Source of the DNA: Squalus acanthias
Lineage: Eukaryota
Assembly (NCBI GenBank): GCA_030390025.1
Contig: JASTWF010000288.1
Location: forward strand, 434,001-498,000
Direction of reading: 5' to 3'
DNA: 64,000 nucleotides
A program made the translations under genes and the position numbers. This document shows, in pieces, positions 1-13,469 of this stretch; the first letter of the stretch is position 1; every line of letters starts with the position of its first letter. The notes under the pieces are model-generated. The model was given only the letters and a program-made list of their open reading frames with translations, was not told the origin of the DNA and made no database searches.

Positions 1-3000
1 TTTCCCTGTCTCGCTGTTCTTTTCAATCTTACCCTCTCGTTCTCTGCTCCTTGCTGTCTGTCCCTCTCTGTCCTTCTCCCTCTCTGTTCCTCTCTTTCTC
101 TTCCTCTCTGACTGACTCTCTATTTCCCTCACTCTCTGCTCCTCTCTTCTCCTCTCGCACTGTTACACACTTTATTCTGTTCCTCTTCCTCTGTTTTTCT
201 CTTTTTCTAATTCTGTTACTATTACTGTATCTCCCTTTCTCTATCTGTTGGTTGTGCTTTCTGTCCCTCACTCCCTGTCTGTCACACTCACTGACCCTCT
301 ACCTCTCGGTCCCACGATTTCTGTTTTTTTCAAAACTCTATCCCCATTCCTGTCTCTGTCCCTGTCACTCTCTGTCTCTGTCCCTGTTCTTGTCCCTGTC
401 ACTCTCTGTCTCTGTTCCTGTCCCTGTTACTCTCTGTCTCTGTCCCTGTCCCTGTTACTCTCTGTCTCTGTTCCTGTTCTTGTCCCTGTTACTCTCTCCC
501 TGTTCCTGTCCCTGTCACTCTCTGTCTCTGTTCCTGTTCCTGTCCCTGTCACTCTCTGTCTCTGTCCCTGTTCTTGTCTCTGTTACTCTCTCCCTGTTCC
601 TGTACTTGTCCCTGTCACTCTCTGTCTCTGTCCCTGTTCTTGTCCCTGTCACTCTCTGTCCCTGTTCCTGTCCCTGTCACTCTCTGTCTCTGTTCCTGTT
701 CTTGTCCCTGTTACTCTCTCCCTGTTCCTGTACTTGTCCCTGTCACTCTCTGTCCCTGTTCTTATTCCTGTCCCTGTCACTCTCTGTCTCTGTTCCTGTT
801 CCTGTCCCTGTCACTCTCTGTCTCTGTCCCTGTTCTTGTCTCTGTTACTCTCTCCCTGTTCCTGTACTTGTCCCTGTCACTCTCTGTCTCTGTCCCTGTT
901 CTTGTCCCTGTCACTCTCTGTCTCTGTTCCTGTCCCTGTCACTCTCTGTCTCTGTTCCTGTTCTTGTCCCTGTTACTCTCTCCCTGTTCCTGTACTTGTC
1001 CCTGTCACTCTCTGTCCCTGTTCTTATTCCTGTCCCTGTTACTCTCTGTCTTTGTTCCTGTTCTTGTCCCTGTTACTCTCTCTCCCTGTTCTTGTGCCTG
1101 TCATTCTCTGCACATGTTCCTTTCCTCTCTCTCTCTCTACCTATCCCTCTCTGTGTTATTGTCATGACCCTCTATCACTGTCTCCCTGTCCCTCTCTCTG
1201 TCTCACTCTCTGTTCCTGTCATGTCACTATCTCTCCCACTCTCTACCCGTCCCTCTCTCTGTCCCACTCTCTGTTCCTCTTCCTCTCTCTCTCTCTCTCA
1301 CTATCTGTCATGCTCTCTCTCTCACTCTTTGTCCCTGTCTCTCTCTCTCTGTATCTGTCACTCTCCCCGTACCTGTTACTCTCTCTGTACTGGTCACTCT
1401 TTCTGTCTCACTCGCTGTTCCTGTTCCTGTCCCACTCTCTTGCGCTCATTCTCTCTCTCTCTCTCTCTACCTGTTTAACTCTCTGTCTCACTCTCTGTCT
1501 CTCTCGGTACCCTTCACTCTCTGTTCCTCTCTCTCTCTACACCTGTCCCTCCCTCTGTCTCACTCTCTGTCCCTGTCTCTCTCTCTCTCTGTACCTGTCA
1601 CTCTCTCTGTCTCACTCTCTGTCCCTGTCAACCCCCCTCTCTGCACCTGTCTCTCTGTCTTGCTCTTTGTTTCTGTCACTCTCTTTGTATCATTCTCTGT
1701 TCCTGTCCCTCTCTCTCTCTCACTCCCTGTTCCTGTCCCACTCTCTCTCCCTGCCTCACTCTCTGTCCCTCTCTCTCTCTACCTGTCATTTGCTCTGTCT
1801 CACTCTCTGTCCCTGTCCCTCTCTCTTTCTCTCTCTCTCTACCTGTCATTCTCTCTCTCTCACTCGGTCCCTGTCCCCCTCTCTCTCTCTCTTCCTGTAC
1901 CTATCCCTCTCACTCTATCTCTGTCCCTGTCCCTCTCTCTTTTTCTGCACCTGTCACTCTCTCTCTCGCTCTCACTCTCTTTCTCTGTCACTCTCTGTCT
2001 CACTCTCTGTCCCTGTCCCTCTCTCTCTACCTGTCACTCTCTCTGTCTCACTCTCTGTCCCTGTTCCTCTCTCTCTTTCTCTCTCTACCTGTCATTCTCT
2101 CTGTCTCACTCTCTGTCCCTGTCTCTCTCTCTCTTCCTGTCACTCTTTCTGTACCTGTTCCTCTCTCTCTCTCTGTACCTGTCACTCTCTCTGTCTCACT
2201 CTCTGTCCCTGTCCCTCTCTCTCTACCTGTCATTCTCTCTGTCTCACTCTCTGTCTCTGTTCCTCTCTCTCTCTCTCTCTCTGTACCTGTCGCTCTCTCT
2301 GTCTCGCTCTCTGTTCCTGTCCCTCTCTATCTCTCTGCACCTGTCACTCTCTCTCTCATTTCTATCCCTGTCCCTCACTCTCTGTACCTTTCACTCTCCC
2401 TCCCACTCTCCGTTAATGTCACTCTCTGTCTCACTCTTTGTTCCTGCCCATCTCTCTCTCTCTGTTCCTCTCTCTCTCTCTCTCTCTCTCTATACCTGTC
2501 CCACTCTCTGTCTCACTCACTGTCCCTCACTCTCTGTCCCTGTCCCTCTCTTTCTGCACCTATCACTCTCTGTCTCGTTATCTGTTTCTGTCCTTCTATC
2601 TCTCTCTTTACCTGTCATTCTCTCTGTCTCATTCTGTCCCTGTCCCTCTCTCTCTCTGCACCTGTCACACTCTCTCTCTCTCACTCCCTGTCCCTGTCCC
2701 TCACTCTCTGTCCCTATCACTCTCTCTGTCTCGCTCTCTGTTCCTATCACTCTCTCTGTCTCGCTCTCTCTCTCATTTCTGTCCCTGTCCCTCTCTGTGC
2801 CTGTCGCTCTCTGTCTCGTTCTCTGTTCCTGTCCTTCTATCTCTCTGTATCTGTCACGCTCTCTGTCTCTCTCTCTCTGTCCCTGTCCCTCTCTCTGTAC
2901 CTGTCACTCTCTGTCTCACTCTTTGTTCCTGTCCCCCTCTCCTTTTCTCTGTGCCTGTCACTCTGTCTCTCTCTCTCTACCTGTCCCTCTCCCTCTGTAC

Positions 3001-3600
3001 CTGTCATTCTCTCTGTCTCACTCTGTTCCTGTCCCGCTCTCTCTTTCTCTCTCTCTCTCTCTCCCACGCTGTACCTGTCACTCACTCTGTCTCTCTCTTT
3101 GTCTCTGTCCTTCTCTCTCTCTGTACCTGTCACTCTCTCTGTCTCGCTCTCTGTCCCTGTCCCTCTCTCTGTACCTTTCACTCTCTGTCTCACTCTCTGT
3201 CCCTCTCTCTCTCTGTACCTGTCACTCTCTCTGTCTCGCTCTCTGTCTCGGTCCCTCTCTCTGTACCTTTCACTCTCTGGCTCACTCTCTGCCCCTCTCT
3301 CTCTGTACCTGTCACTCTCTCTCTCTCGCTCTCTGTCTCTGTCCCTCTCTCTGTACCTTTCACTCTCTGTCCCTGTCCCTCTCTCTCTGTACCTTTCACT
3401 CTATGTCCCTGTCCCTCTCTCTCTGTACCTTTCACTCTCTGTCCCTGTCCCTCTCTCTCTGTACCTGTCACTCTCTGTCCCTGTCCCTCTCTCTCTCGAC
3501 CTGTTACTCTCTGTCTCCCTCTATTTTCCTGTCCCTGCCCCTTTCTCTCTCTCTCTTTCTCCCTGTCCCACTCTTTCCATTCCTCCCACTCTCTGTTCCT
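1..3600. repeat. CT-rich low-complexity/simple tandem tract (intron upstream of class I alpha3 exon)
   Basis: Near-continuous variants of CTCTCTGTCCCTGT/CCTGTCACTCTCT; the long S/L/C/P-rich ORFs here are compositional artefacts. Confidence 0.95.
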
Positions 3601-3612
3601 CCCTCTATAAAG

Positions 3613-3888
3613 GCCGCCCTGTAGTGTACGTCTTTGACCGTAAGCGCCCCTTGGATAGTTCAGTTGCCGTCTCCTGCCTTGTGACTGGTTTCTACCCTCG
3701 GTTTATTGAGGTGGTTTGGCAGAGAAATGAAGATTTCGTTTCGGATGTGGAATCGCCTGGCCTATTGCCGAACCATGACGGAACCTATCAGATAAAGATA
3801 ACTCTAACGCTCGCAGCCGAGGATGAAGCTGAGTATTGGTGTCATGTCACCCACAGCAGCCTGTCAGAGACACAGACTGAGCCTTGGG
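3613..3888 (+). CDS. MHC class I-type heavy chain, alpha3 (Ig C1-set) exon
   Basis: 276-bp phase1/phase1 exon bounded by AG (3611-3612) and GTAAGT (3889); encodes RPVVYVF...VSCLVTGFYPRFIEVVW...LLPNHDGTYQI...YWCHVTHSSL...W, with C1-set motifs CxxxGFYP and YxCxVxH and the class I LPNxDGTYQ motif. Confidence 0.9.
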
Positions 3889-4626
3889 GTAAGTCAGTGT
3901 GACAGTCCATCAGAATGGAGGCGGATTTAAACAGTGAATAAATGGAAATGTAGCTTCCTCTGTCCCCCTGGAAAGCTGGACTGCAGTGTTCGACCCCCTC
4001 AGAGCAACAGGATCCCATGGTTCACCCACCTCCCCACGGCCTGTGCAGAGTTAGCTGATCCTATGTGGGATCGGGCGGTCGAGGGGCTACAATTGGCCCT
4101 GAGCCCCAGAGAGCAGCAAGGGTCCAGGTTTCACACCTGCTGATGGTAAGGGTGAGATGAGTTACAAATGGCCTCACTGCCCTTTGATGGGGACTGTGTG
4201 TGGGGGGGCAGGGCGGGGGGGGGGGGAGGAATCAGTCAGCGTCCATGATCCTGATCATTATCCAAGAGCTCTTGCTGGAAGGTGCGCAGGTGGAGTGTGT
4301 GTCGAGGTCACAGGGCTGGGAGGTGCTCTGGAAGTAGGCCTGGCGAGTTGCTGCACTGCATCCTGATAGTGACAGTACACACTGGAGCCACGGTGCGCCG
4401 GTGGTGGAGTAAGTGGGTCCTGAGTCCAGTGTCACAAGCTGAACACCTCCACCCCTCCTCCCCCCTGCCCAATATTCTACCCACTTGTTGACCCATTCAC
4501 GCCACTGCTAAAACAACAGACGGCGAGATGTACAAGGCTGGCAGAGCAGTGCCCTATTGCTATCAGAAACAGTAAATGCCGGGTTTGGAGCTGGACAGTC
4601 ACACATGAATTGTTTTATATTTCAAG

Positions 4627-4733
4627 TGCCTGAAAGGAGTCCCACAGTTCGAGGAGTGGCGATCGCAGCAGGAATCCTAGGGATTGTCGCAGTAGTGTGT
4701 GTCACTGTCAGAATCTGCACCAGAAGAAGACAG
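4627..4733 (+). CDS. MHC class I-type heavy chain, connecting peptide/transmembrane exon
   Basis: Acceptor ttcaAG, phase 1 matching the alpha3 exon; VPERSPTVRGVAIAAGILGIVAVVCVTVRICTRRRQ (hydrophobic helix plus basic stop-transfer); donor cag/GTGAGG. Confidence 0.85.
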
Positions 4734-4935
4734 GTGAGGAAGACATGTCTGCAGCAAGGAGATTGCAATCACGCACTGTGATTGTTGCTTGTTTCTTGGG
4801 GTTTTAAGATAACATTTGACATGCTGCCCACAAAAACTTAAGGGCTCATTCTCAGGGTCAGGAACTCAGGCAGAGGAGCACAGCTCATAGGGACAGCTGA
4901 TTGGGAAATGGAAAAACCCACACCTCCAGGTTACT

Positions 4936-6803
4936 GGGACAGTGTAGAGGAAGCTTTACTCTGTATCTAACCCGCGCTGTACCTGTCCTGGGAGTGTTTG
5001 ATGGGGCAGTGTAGAGGGAGCTTTACTCTGTATCTAACCCGTGCTGTACCTGCCCTGGGAGTGTTTGATGGGACAGTGTAGAGGGAGCTTTACTCTGTAT
5101 ATAACCCGTGCTGTACCTGCCCTGGGAGTGTTTGATGTGACAGTGTAGAGGGAGCTTTACTCTGTATCTAACATGTGCTGAACTTGCACTGGGAGTTTTG
5201 GATGGGCCATTGTGGAGGAAGCTTTACTCTGTATCTAACCCGTGCTGTACCTACTCTGGGATTGTTTGATGGGACAGTGTAAAGGGAGCTTTACTCTGTA
5301 TCTAACCTGTGCAGTACATGTCCTGGGAGTGTTTGATGGGAGACTGTAGAGGGAGATTTACTCTGTATCTAAACCTGCCCTTGGAATGTTTGATGGAACA
5401 GTGTAGAGGGAACTTTACTCTGTATCCATCCCCATGCTATACCTGCCCTGGGAGTTTTCGATGGGAGAGTGTAGAGGGAGCTTTACTCTGTATCTAACCC
5501 GTGCTGTACCTGCCCTGGGAGTGTTTGATAGGTCAGTGCAGAGGGAGCTTTACTCTGGATCTAACCAGTGCTGTACCTGCCCTGGGAGTGTTTGATGGGA
5601 CAGTGTAGAGCGAGCTTTACTCTGGATCTAACCTGTGATGTAGCTGTCCTGGAATTGTTTGATGGGACAATGTACAGGGTGCTTTACTGCGTATCTAACC
5701 CGCGCTGTACCTGCCCTGGCAGTGTTTGATGGGACAGAGTAAAACAAGCCTTACTCTGTATCTAATGCGTGCTCTATCTGCCCTGGGAGTGTTTGATCGG
5801 ACAGTGTAGAGGGAGCTTTACTCTGTATCTAACCCGCGCTGTAGCTGCCCTGTGAGTGTTTGATGGGACAATGTAGAGGGAGCTTTACTCTGTATCTAAC
5901 CCATGCTGTACCTGCCCTGACAGTGATTGATGGCACAGACTAAAACGAGCTTTACTCTGTATCTAACACGTGCTTTACCTGCCCTGGAAGTGTTTGATGG
6001 GATAGTGTAGATGGAGGTTTACTCTATATCTAACCCATGATATACCTGCGCTGGGAGTGTTTGATGGGGACAGTTTAGAGGGAGCTTTACTCTGTATCTA
6101 ACATGTGCTGAACTTGCACTGGGAGTTTTGGATGGGCCATTGTTGAGGAAGCTTTACTCTGTATCTAACCCGTGCTGTACCTACTCTGGGAGTGTTTGAT
6201 GGGACAGTGTAAAGGGAGCTTTACTCTGTATCTAACCCGTGCTGTACCTACTCTGGGAGTGTTTGATGGGACAGTGTAAAGGGAGCTTTACTCTGTATCT
6301 AACCTGTGCAGTACATGTCCTGGGAGTGTTTGATGGGAGACTGTAGAGGGAGATTTACTCTGTATCTAAACCTGCCCTTGGAATGTTTGATGGAACAGTG
6401 TAGAGGGAGCTTTACTCTGTATCTAACCCGTGCAGTACCTGCCCTGGGACTGTTTGATGGGAGAACTGTAGAGGGAACTTTACTCTGTATCCATCCCCGT
6501 GCTATACCTGCCCTTGGAGTTTTCGATGGGATAGTGCAGAGGGAGCTTTATTCAGTATCTAACCTGTGCTGTACCAGCCCTGACAGTTTTTAATGGGGCT
6601 GTGTAGGGAGCTTTACTCTGTATCTAACCCGTGCTGCACCTGCCCTGGGAGTGTTTGATGGGACAGTGTTAGAGGGAGCTTTACTCTGTATCTAACCCGT
6701 GCTGTACCTGCCCTGGGAATGTTTGATGGGACAGTGTAGAGGGAGCTTTACTCTGTATCTAACCCGTGCTGTACCTGCCCTGGGATTGTTTGATGGGACA
6801 GTG
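4936..6803 (+). repeat. 67-bp tandem satellite
   Basis: Unit GGGACAGTGTAGAGGGAGCTTTACTCTGTATCTAACCCGTGCTGTACCTGCCCTGGGAGTGTTTGAT, about 28 diverged copies with higher-order duplication (about 5140-5520 recurs at about 6070-6580). Confidence 0.95.
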
Positions 6804-6834
6804 TGTGTGTGAGTGTGGGCGATTCCGTCTGTAC

Positions 6835-9800
6835 ATGGGGGCAGAGAGAGAGAGAGGGGGAGAGAGGGAAAGGCGGAGCCAAGAGAGCAGGAGCGAGAGA
6901 GAGCGGGGGGAATGGTGATTGATGGAGGGGTGTATGGAGAAAAAATGATGGGCGAGGGCGAAAGGGGGAGAGGGAGAGCGAAAGAGAGAGAGGGAGGGAA
7001 TGATAGAGAGGGGCATGGGGCGGGAGAGTGAGAGGTGGAGGGGCTAGCGACAGAGGGAGGGGCGAGGTCGAGAGGGGGAAGAGAGAGGGGGAGGGTGTGA
7101 GAAGCAATGGGAGGGTGGAGGGGAAGAGAGAGAGAGCGAGAGAAGGGGACTGGGAGAGAGAGAGGGAGATGAAGAGGGTAAGAGAGAGGAGGACGGGTGA
7201 GAGAGGGATGGCAGAGGGAGAGAGAGAGGAAGAGGGGAGAGAGAGGGTGGGGGTGGGTTGAGAGAGAGAGTGGGGAGATGAGAGAGGGATGGGGAGAGAG
7301 TGGGTGGGGGTGGAGAGAGGGTGGAGAGGGAGAGAGAGAGAGGAAGGCTAGAGAGGGCTGTGAAGGGGAGAGGGTGAGGGAGAGAGTGAGAGTGGGGGTT
7401 AGGAGGAAAGATAGAGAGGGGTAAGGAGTGAGGGGGAGAGGAGAGAGAGGGGGAGGGCCAGAGAGAGGGAGGGGAGAGAGAGGGTGAGAAAGGGAGGGTG
7501 AGGGTGAGAGGGAGATAGGGAATGAGAGAGGGAGAGCAGAGAGAGTGGGTGAGGGGGAGAGAGAGCGATGTGGGAGCAGAGACAGGGGGAGGTGGAGAGA
7601 GAGGCTGGGGAGAGAGAAGAAGGGAGGGGGAGAGAGAGAGAGGAGAGAGAGGGGTAGGGGAAAAGAGAGAGGGGTGGGGGAGTGAAGGAGGGGGAGGGGT
7701 GGAAGAGAGAGGAGAGAGGGGGCAGTGAGATGGAGGGGAAGGGAGCGGAGAGAGGGGGGATAAGAGAGAGTTGGAGGGGCAGTGAGGGAGAGGAGGGGAG
7801 AGCGAAAGAGGGGGAGAGAGAGAGGTAGACGACAGGGAAGGGGAGAGAGACAGGGAGAGAGAGAGGGGGAGGGGGAGAGAGGGAGGGGTATAGAGAGGGA
7901 CAGAGAGGGAGGGTAGAGAGAGAGAGGGATGAGAGAGTAGAGGGGGAGCAATAGAGAGAGGAGCTAGGCGGGAGTTAATGAGGGTAGGGGTAGAGAGAGG
8001 GGAATGGGGAGAGAGAGGGTGGTGGTGGAGAGAGGGCAGAGAGAGAGAGAGATGAAGGCAGGAGAGGGATGGGAAGGGGAGAGGGAGAGAGGGTGAGGGA
8101 GAGAGTGAGAGTGGGGGTAGGAGGTTGATAGTGAGGGGTAAGGAGAGAGGGTTAGAGGAGAGAGAGGGGATGGCTAGAGAGAGGGAGGGGAGAGAGAGGG
8201 TGAGAGAAAGGGAGGGTGAGGGAGAGAGGGAGATAGGAAATGAGAGGGGGAGAGGAGAGAGGGGTCGGGAGAGAGAGCAATGTGGGAGCAGAGAAAGAGG
8301 GGGAGGTGGAGAGTGAGGCTGGGGAGAGAGAGGGAGAGGAAGGGAGAGAGAGAGGACAGAGAGAGGGGTAGGCGAGTGAGGGAGTGGGGGGTGATAGAGA
8401 GAGCAGAGAGGGTGGAGTGTGAGGGAGGAGAGAGGGAGAGGGGGGAAAACAGACAGTTGGAGGGGGAATGAGGGAGGGGAGGGGAGAGCGAAAGGGGGAG
8501 AGGGAGAGGGACAGGGAGGGGGAGAGGGACAGGGAGAGAGTGAGGAAGAGTGACAGAGAGAGGGTGAGAGAGAGGGGGATGGAGGGAGGGGAAGGGGGAA
8601 GGGTAGAGAGAGGGGGGATGTGCGAGAGAGAGGGGGAGAGAGTGAGGGGTATGTAGAGAGGGACAGAGAGGGAGGGGAGAGAGAGAGGGGAAAGGGAGAG
8701 TAGAGGGGGAGCGGTAGACAGAGGAGCTAGGTGGGAGTTAATGAGAGTAGGGAAGCGAGATGGGAATTGGGAGAGAGAGGGGGAGGGGAGAGAGTGAAGG
8801 GGAGAGAAAGAGGGGGAGGGGGAGAGGAGTGGGGGAGCGATTGAGAGAGAGGAATGAGGGGGATGGGGAGAGAGGGAGGGGGCAGGGAGAGAGGGGGAGA
8901 GTAGAGGGGGTGCGGTAGAGAGGGAGGGGAGGGAGTGTGGGCGAGTGGGGAGATATGGAGGGGAAAGGGGCAGAGAGAGTGGGGGAATAGGAGAGTTAGA
9001 TTGTGTTATGGGTTGAGAGAGAGGGTGTGCAGGTAGAGAGGGTGGGGGAGAGAGGTAGGGGGACAGAGGGGGGAAGGGGTGGGAGAGGGGGAGGAGAGGG
9101 GGAGGGGGAGAGAGAGGGGAAGAGGGAGAGGGAGGGGGACAGAGGGGGGAAGGGGTGGGAGAGGGGGAGGGGAGAGAGAGGGGGAGAGGTGGGATGAGGA
9201 GAGAGAGAGGAGGGAGCGGTTTTGAGAGAGAGAGAGAGAGAGACTAGGGGATGGAGGGGAGAGAGAGGGAGAGTCTGGGGAGAGTGATCGAGGGGGAGAG
9301 AGGGGAGGGGGAGGGAGAAGAACAGGGAGGGGGAGAGAGGGAGTGGGAGAGAGAGAGGGGGTAGAGAGGGAGAGAGAGGGGGAGGGGAGAGAGAGCGAGA
9401 GAGGGAGTCGCAAGGGTAAAGAACAAGGGGGAAGGGGAAAGAACGAAGGGGGGGGAAGAGCGAGGGGGAAGGGGTGAGAGAGCTGGAGGGGGGAGAGAGA
9501 AAGAGAGACTGGGGAGGGCGGGAGAGGGAGGGGGGAGAGAGAGGGGGAGGGGGAGAGAGAGGGGAGGGGCAGTGAGCAAGAGAGGGAGGCGCAAGGGTAA
9601 AGAATGAGGGAGAGGGGGAAAGAGCGATGTTGAGGAGAGAGAGGGGGAAGGGGAGAGTGAGGTGGAGGGCGAGAGAGAGCGGGGGGAGAGAGAGAGGTGG
9701 CAGTGTTAAAGAATGGGGGGGAAAAAAGGGGAAGGGGAGAGAGAGGACGACTGGGGGAGAGGGGGAGAGAAGGGGTGGGGAGAGAGAGAGAGTGTGACTG

Positions 9801-12212
9801 GGGGAGAGAGAGGGGTGGAGTATGGAGAGGAGAGAGGGGGAGAGGCAGCGAGGGGGAGGGGAGAGTGAGGGGAATGGGCAAGGGCAATAGAGAGGGGGAA
9901 GGGGAAAGAGACTGGAGAGGGCTGAGTGAGAGGTGAGGAGTAGAGAGAGAGAGAGGGGAGAGAGAGAGGGGTGGGTGAGGGGGGGGCGAGGGAGGGAAGG
10001 AAGATGAGGGAGGGGATGGGTAGAGAGAGACAGGGGGAGGGGTAGAGAGAGACAGGGGAGGGGTAGAGAGAGACAGGGGGAGAGGGGGAAGAGACTGAGA
10101 GGGACAGGGAGAGAGACAGAAAAGGGGAAAGATAGAGCATGAGGGTGAGAGGGAGAGGGGAGGGCGAGATAGAGGGGGAGTGTGAAAAGAGAGAGGGTGA
10201 GTCAGGAGATAGAGAGGGGAGGAGAGAGAGGGAGGGGGAGACAGGGAGTGGGAGAGGGGGAAGGGGAGAGAGAGTGGGAGGGGAGAGGGAGAGGGACAGG
10301 GAGTGGGAGGTAGAGAGGGAGAGGGACTGAAGAGAGAGACGGAGAGGGAGTCAGGAGATAGAGAGGGGAGGAGAGAGAGGAAGACTGGGGGAGGAGAGGG
10401 GGAGAGGGGAGTGGTCGGGAGAGGGGAAGGGGTGGGAGAAGGGGAGGGGTGAGAGAGGGGGTGGAGAAAGGGAAGGGGAGGGGAGAGAGAGAGTGGGGAG
10501 GGAGGGGGAGGGGAGAATGACTGGTGGAGGGCGAGAGAGAGGGGAGCGGGCGAGGGAGAGGGGGAGTGTGGAGAGGAGGGAGAGGGAGAGGGAGCGAGGG
10601 TGAGGGAAGAGCAAGGGAAGGGGGCAAGGGCGATAGAGAGGGGGAAGGGGAGAGAGGGGGAGGGAGAGGAGGGAAGGGGAGAGAGGTGGCGCAGGGGTAA
10701 AGAATGGGGGGAGGGGAAAGAGAGAGAGGGGGAAGGAGAGAGACAGGGGGTGTGGAGAGAGAGGGGGAGTTTGGAGAGAGAGGGGGAGTGTGGAGAGAGA
10801 GGGGGAGTGTGGAGAGGAGAGTGAGGGAGGGGGGAGAGGGAGCGAGGGGGAGGGAAGATCGAGGGGGAGGGGACAAGGACGAGAGATGGGGAGGGGAGAA
10901 GAGAGAGTGGGAGAGAGGGAGGGGAGGGGGAGAGGGAAGGAGAGAGGGAGGGGAGGGGAGGGGGAGAGAGAGGGAGGGATAGGGAGAGGGGAGCAGGAGA
11001 GAGAGGGAGGGGGAGGGGAAGGGGAGAGATAGGAGGGGAAGGGGAGAGAGTGGAGGGACAGAGAGAGGGGGAGGGGGATGGAGAGAGAGGTGGGGGGAGA
11101 GGGAGGAAGACGGGGGAGAGGGGGAGGAGGAGAGAGGGAGGGGGAGAGAGGGGAGTGGTAGGGAGAGGGGGAGGGGTGAGAGAGAGGAGTGAAGGGGAGA
11201 GCGAGGAGGGACAGAGAGAGAGAGGGAAGGAATGGGGACAGAGAGGGGGAGGGGTCAGGTCAGGGGTGGGGGATAGAGAGGAAGACTGGGGGAGAGGGGG
11301 AGAGCAGTGTTGGGGAGAGAGAGAGAGGGACTGGAGGAGAGAGAGAGGGGGAGTGGGAGAGAGAAAGAGGGTGGTGTGGAGAGGAGAATGAGGGAGGGAA
11401 GAGGGAGCGACGGGGAGGGGAGGGGGAGNNNNNNNNNNNNNNNNNNNNNNNNNNNNNNNNNNNNNNNNNNNNNNNNNNNNNNNNNNNNNNNNNNNNNNNN
11501 NNNNNNNNNNNNNNNNNNNNNNNNNNNNNNNNNNNNNNNNNNNNNNNNNNNNNNNNNNNNNNNNGGAGGGGTAGTGAGAGGGGAGGAAGTGAGAGAATGG
11601 GAAGGGGGAGCGAGAGGGAGGGGTAGTGAGAGGGGAGGAAGTGAGAGAATGAGAGGGAGGGGAGGGGGAGAGAGGGGGGGGAGAGAGGGCGGAGTAGGGG
11701 GAGGGGTGAGAGAGAGAGGAGTGGGAAGGGGATAGAGGGAGGAACAGAGAGATGGAGGGGGAAGAGGAGAGGTTAGGGAGCGAGAGAGAGGAGTGGGAAG
11801 GGGAGAGAGGGAGGGACAGAGAGATGGAGGGGGAAGAGGAGAGGTTAGGGAGCGAGAGAGAGGAGTGGGAAGGGGAGAGAGGGAGGGACAGAGAGAGAGG
11901 GAGGGGGAAGAGGAGAGGGGAGGGAAGAGGAGAGGGTAGGGAGCGAGAGAGAGGAGTGGGAAGGGGAGAGAGGGAGGGACAGAGGGAGAGGGAGGGGGAA
12001 GAGGAGAGGGGAGGGGAGGGAAGAGGAGAGGGGAGGGGTGAGAGAGAGGAGTGGGAAGGGGAGAGGGAGGGACAGAGAGAGAGGGAGGGGGAAGAGCAGA
12101 GGGTAGGGAGCGAGAGGGGGGAGGGGAGAGAGACTGGGAGAGGAGATAGAGAGCGAGTGGGCGAGAGGGAGGGGGAGGGGGAGAGAGGGGAGTGGTAGGG
12201 AGAGGGGGAGGG
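6835..12212. repeat. GA-rich polypurine tract with an assembly gap
   Basis: Almost only G/A; N-run at 11429-11564. Confidence 0.95.
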
Positions 12213-12525
12213 GTGCCGTCTTTCGGATGAGACGATAAACCGAGCCAACCTCGGGTAGACACTGAAGATCCCGTGGCACTATTGGAAGAAGAGCAGGGGA
12301 GTTCTCCCCGGTGTCCTGGCCAATATTTAACCCTCTACCAACACCTAAAACAGGTTATCCGATCGTTATCTTGTTTGTGGGATCGTGCTGTGCGCAAATT
12401 GTCTGCCACCTTTCCTAGATTACAACAGTGACAACACTTGGGGTGGGAAAAAGGACTTCATTGGCTGTAAGTGCTTTGGGCCGTCCTGAGGTCATGAAAG
12501 GTGCCGTATAAATGCAAGTCTTTTT
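12213..12525 (+). mobile_element. Deu-domain SINE, 5'-truncated
   Basis: GTGCCGTCTTTCGGATGAGACG...TGAAAGGTGCCGTATAAATGCAAGT; matches the complete copy at 56970-57441. Confidence 0.8.
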
Positions 12526-13057
12526 GTCTGTGGGGTGAATGCCAAAAGCCTGGTAATCATACAAGTTATAGGATCAGAAGCAACCGAGTATTGAGTGGAG
12601 CACTCATTCACCCTTTCTCCCAAGCACGGAAACAGGGGTTGGAAAATCTTGCAGTTTCCTGGAAACGTGTCTGGTCGGTGACTGAAGGAATGCTGACTGC
12701 TTCCGATGGTTATCTGCCTCCCTTCAGGGATTTAATACATTTGGAATGAGCTCGTGACTTTGCAGGATGCATGTGATTCATCGGCAGGAAGGAGAGGGAG
12801 GTCACTCTCCTTCCAATCTCCTCTTGGGAACCTGTTTTTAAAAAAAAAAAATCTATTTTTAGTTTGTTTCAGTGCAGGATCTCTGAGGAAGCTTCAGATC
12901 AGGAAAAAGTCCTCCAATTCATCGCTCCCTTACTCCTAACTTGTTTCTAGAACCTTGGACAAGTGCACAAAGGGAGCTGCTGAATGTTGGGTTCTGTTAA
13001 ATCTGAATGAATCCGTTGCTTACACCAATCACGAGCCACAAACATCAGTTCAACAAT

Positions 13058-13445
13058 ACACTGCCTACTTGCACCTCCGTAACATCGCCCGTCTCCACCC
13101 CTGCCTCAGCCCATCTGCTGCTAAAACCCCCATCCATGCCTTTGTTACCTCTGGACTTGACTATTTCAACGCTCTCCTGGCCGGCCCCCCATCTTCCACC
13201 CGACATAAACTTAAGCCCATCCAAAACTTAGCTTCCCGAATCCTAATTGCACCAAGTCCCGTTCACCCATCACCCCTGTGCTCGCTGACCTACATTGGCT
13301 CCCGGTTAAGCAGCGCCTCGATTTTAAAATTCTCATCCTTGTTTTCAAATCCCTCCATGGCCTCGCCCCTCCCTATCTCTGTAACCTCCTCCAGCCCTAC
13401 AACCCTCCGAGATATCTGCGCTCTTCCAAACTCTGGCCAACTGTG
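13058..13445 (+). mobile_element. L2-type LINE ORF2 3' fragment
   Basis: HLRNIARL, LDYFNALL and LHWLPVKQRLDFKIL motifs across frameshifts. Confidence 0.75.
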
Positions 13446-13469
13446 CATCACTCGCTTACTTCGCCCCAC

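Noticed and set aside
51-3624. Long ORFs of 390-722 aa
   Set aside because: Stop-free by composition in CT repeats; only 3613-3888 is a real exon.
6692-12279. Pro/Ser/Leu-rich ORFs up to 1080 aa
   Set aside because: Translation of the GA tract, including N-runs.
12720-12950. Candidate cytoplasmic-tail exon(s) of the class I gene (acceptors near 12728 and 12872)
   Set aside because: Plausible AG sites but several alternative readings and no diagnostic motif; needs transcript data.
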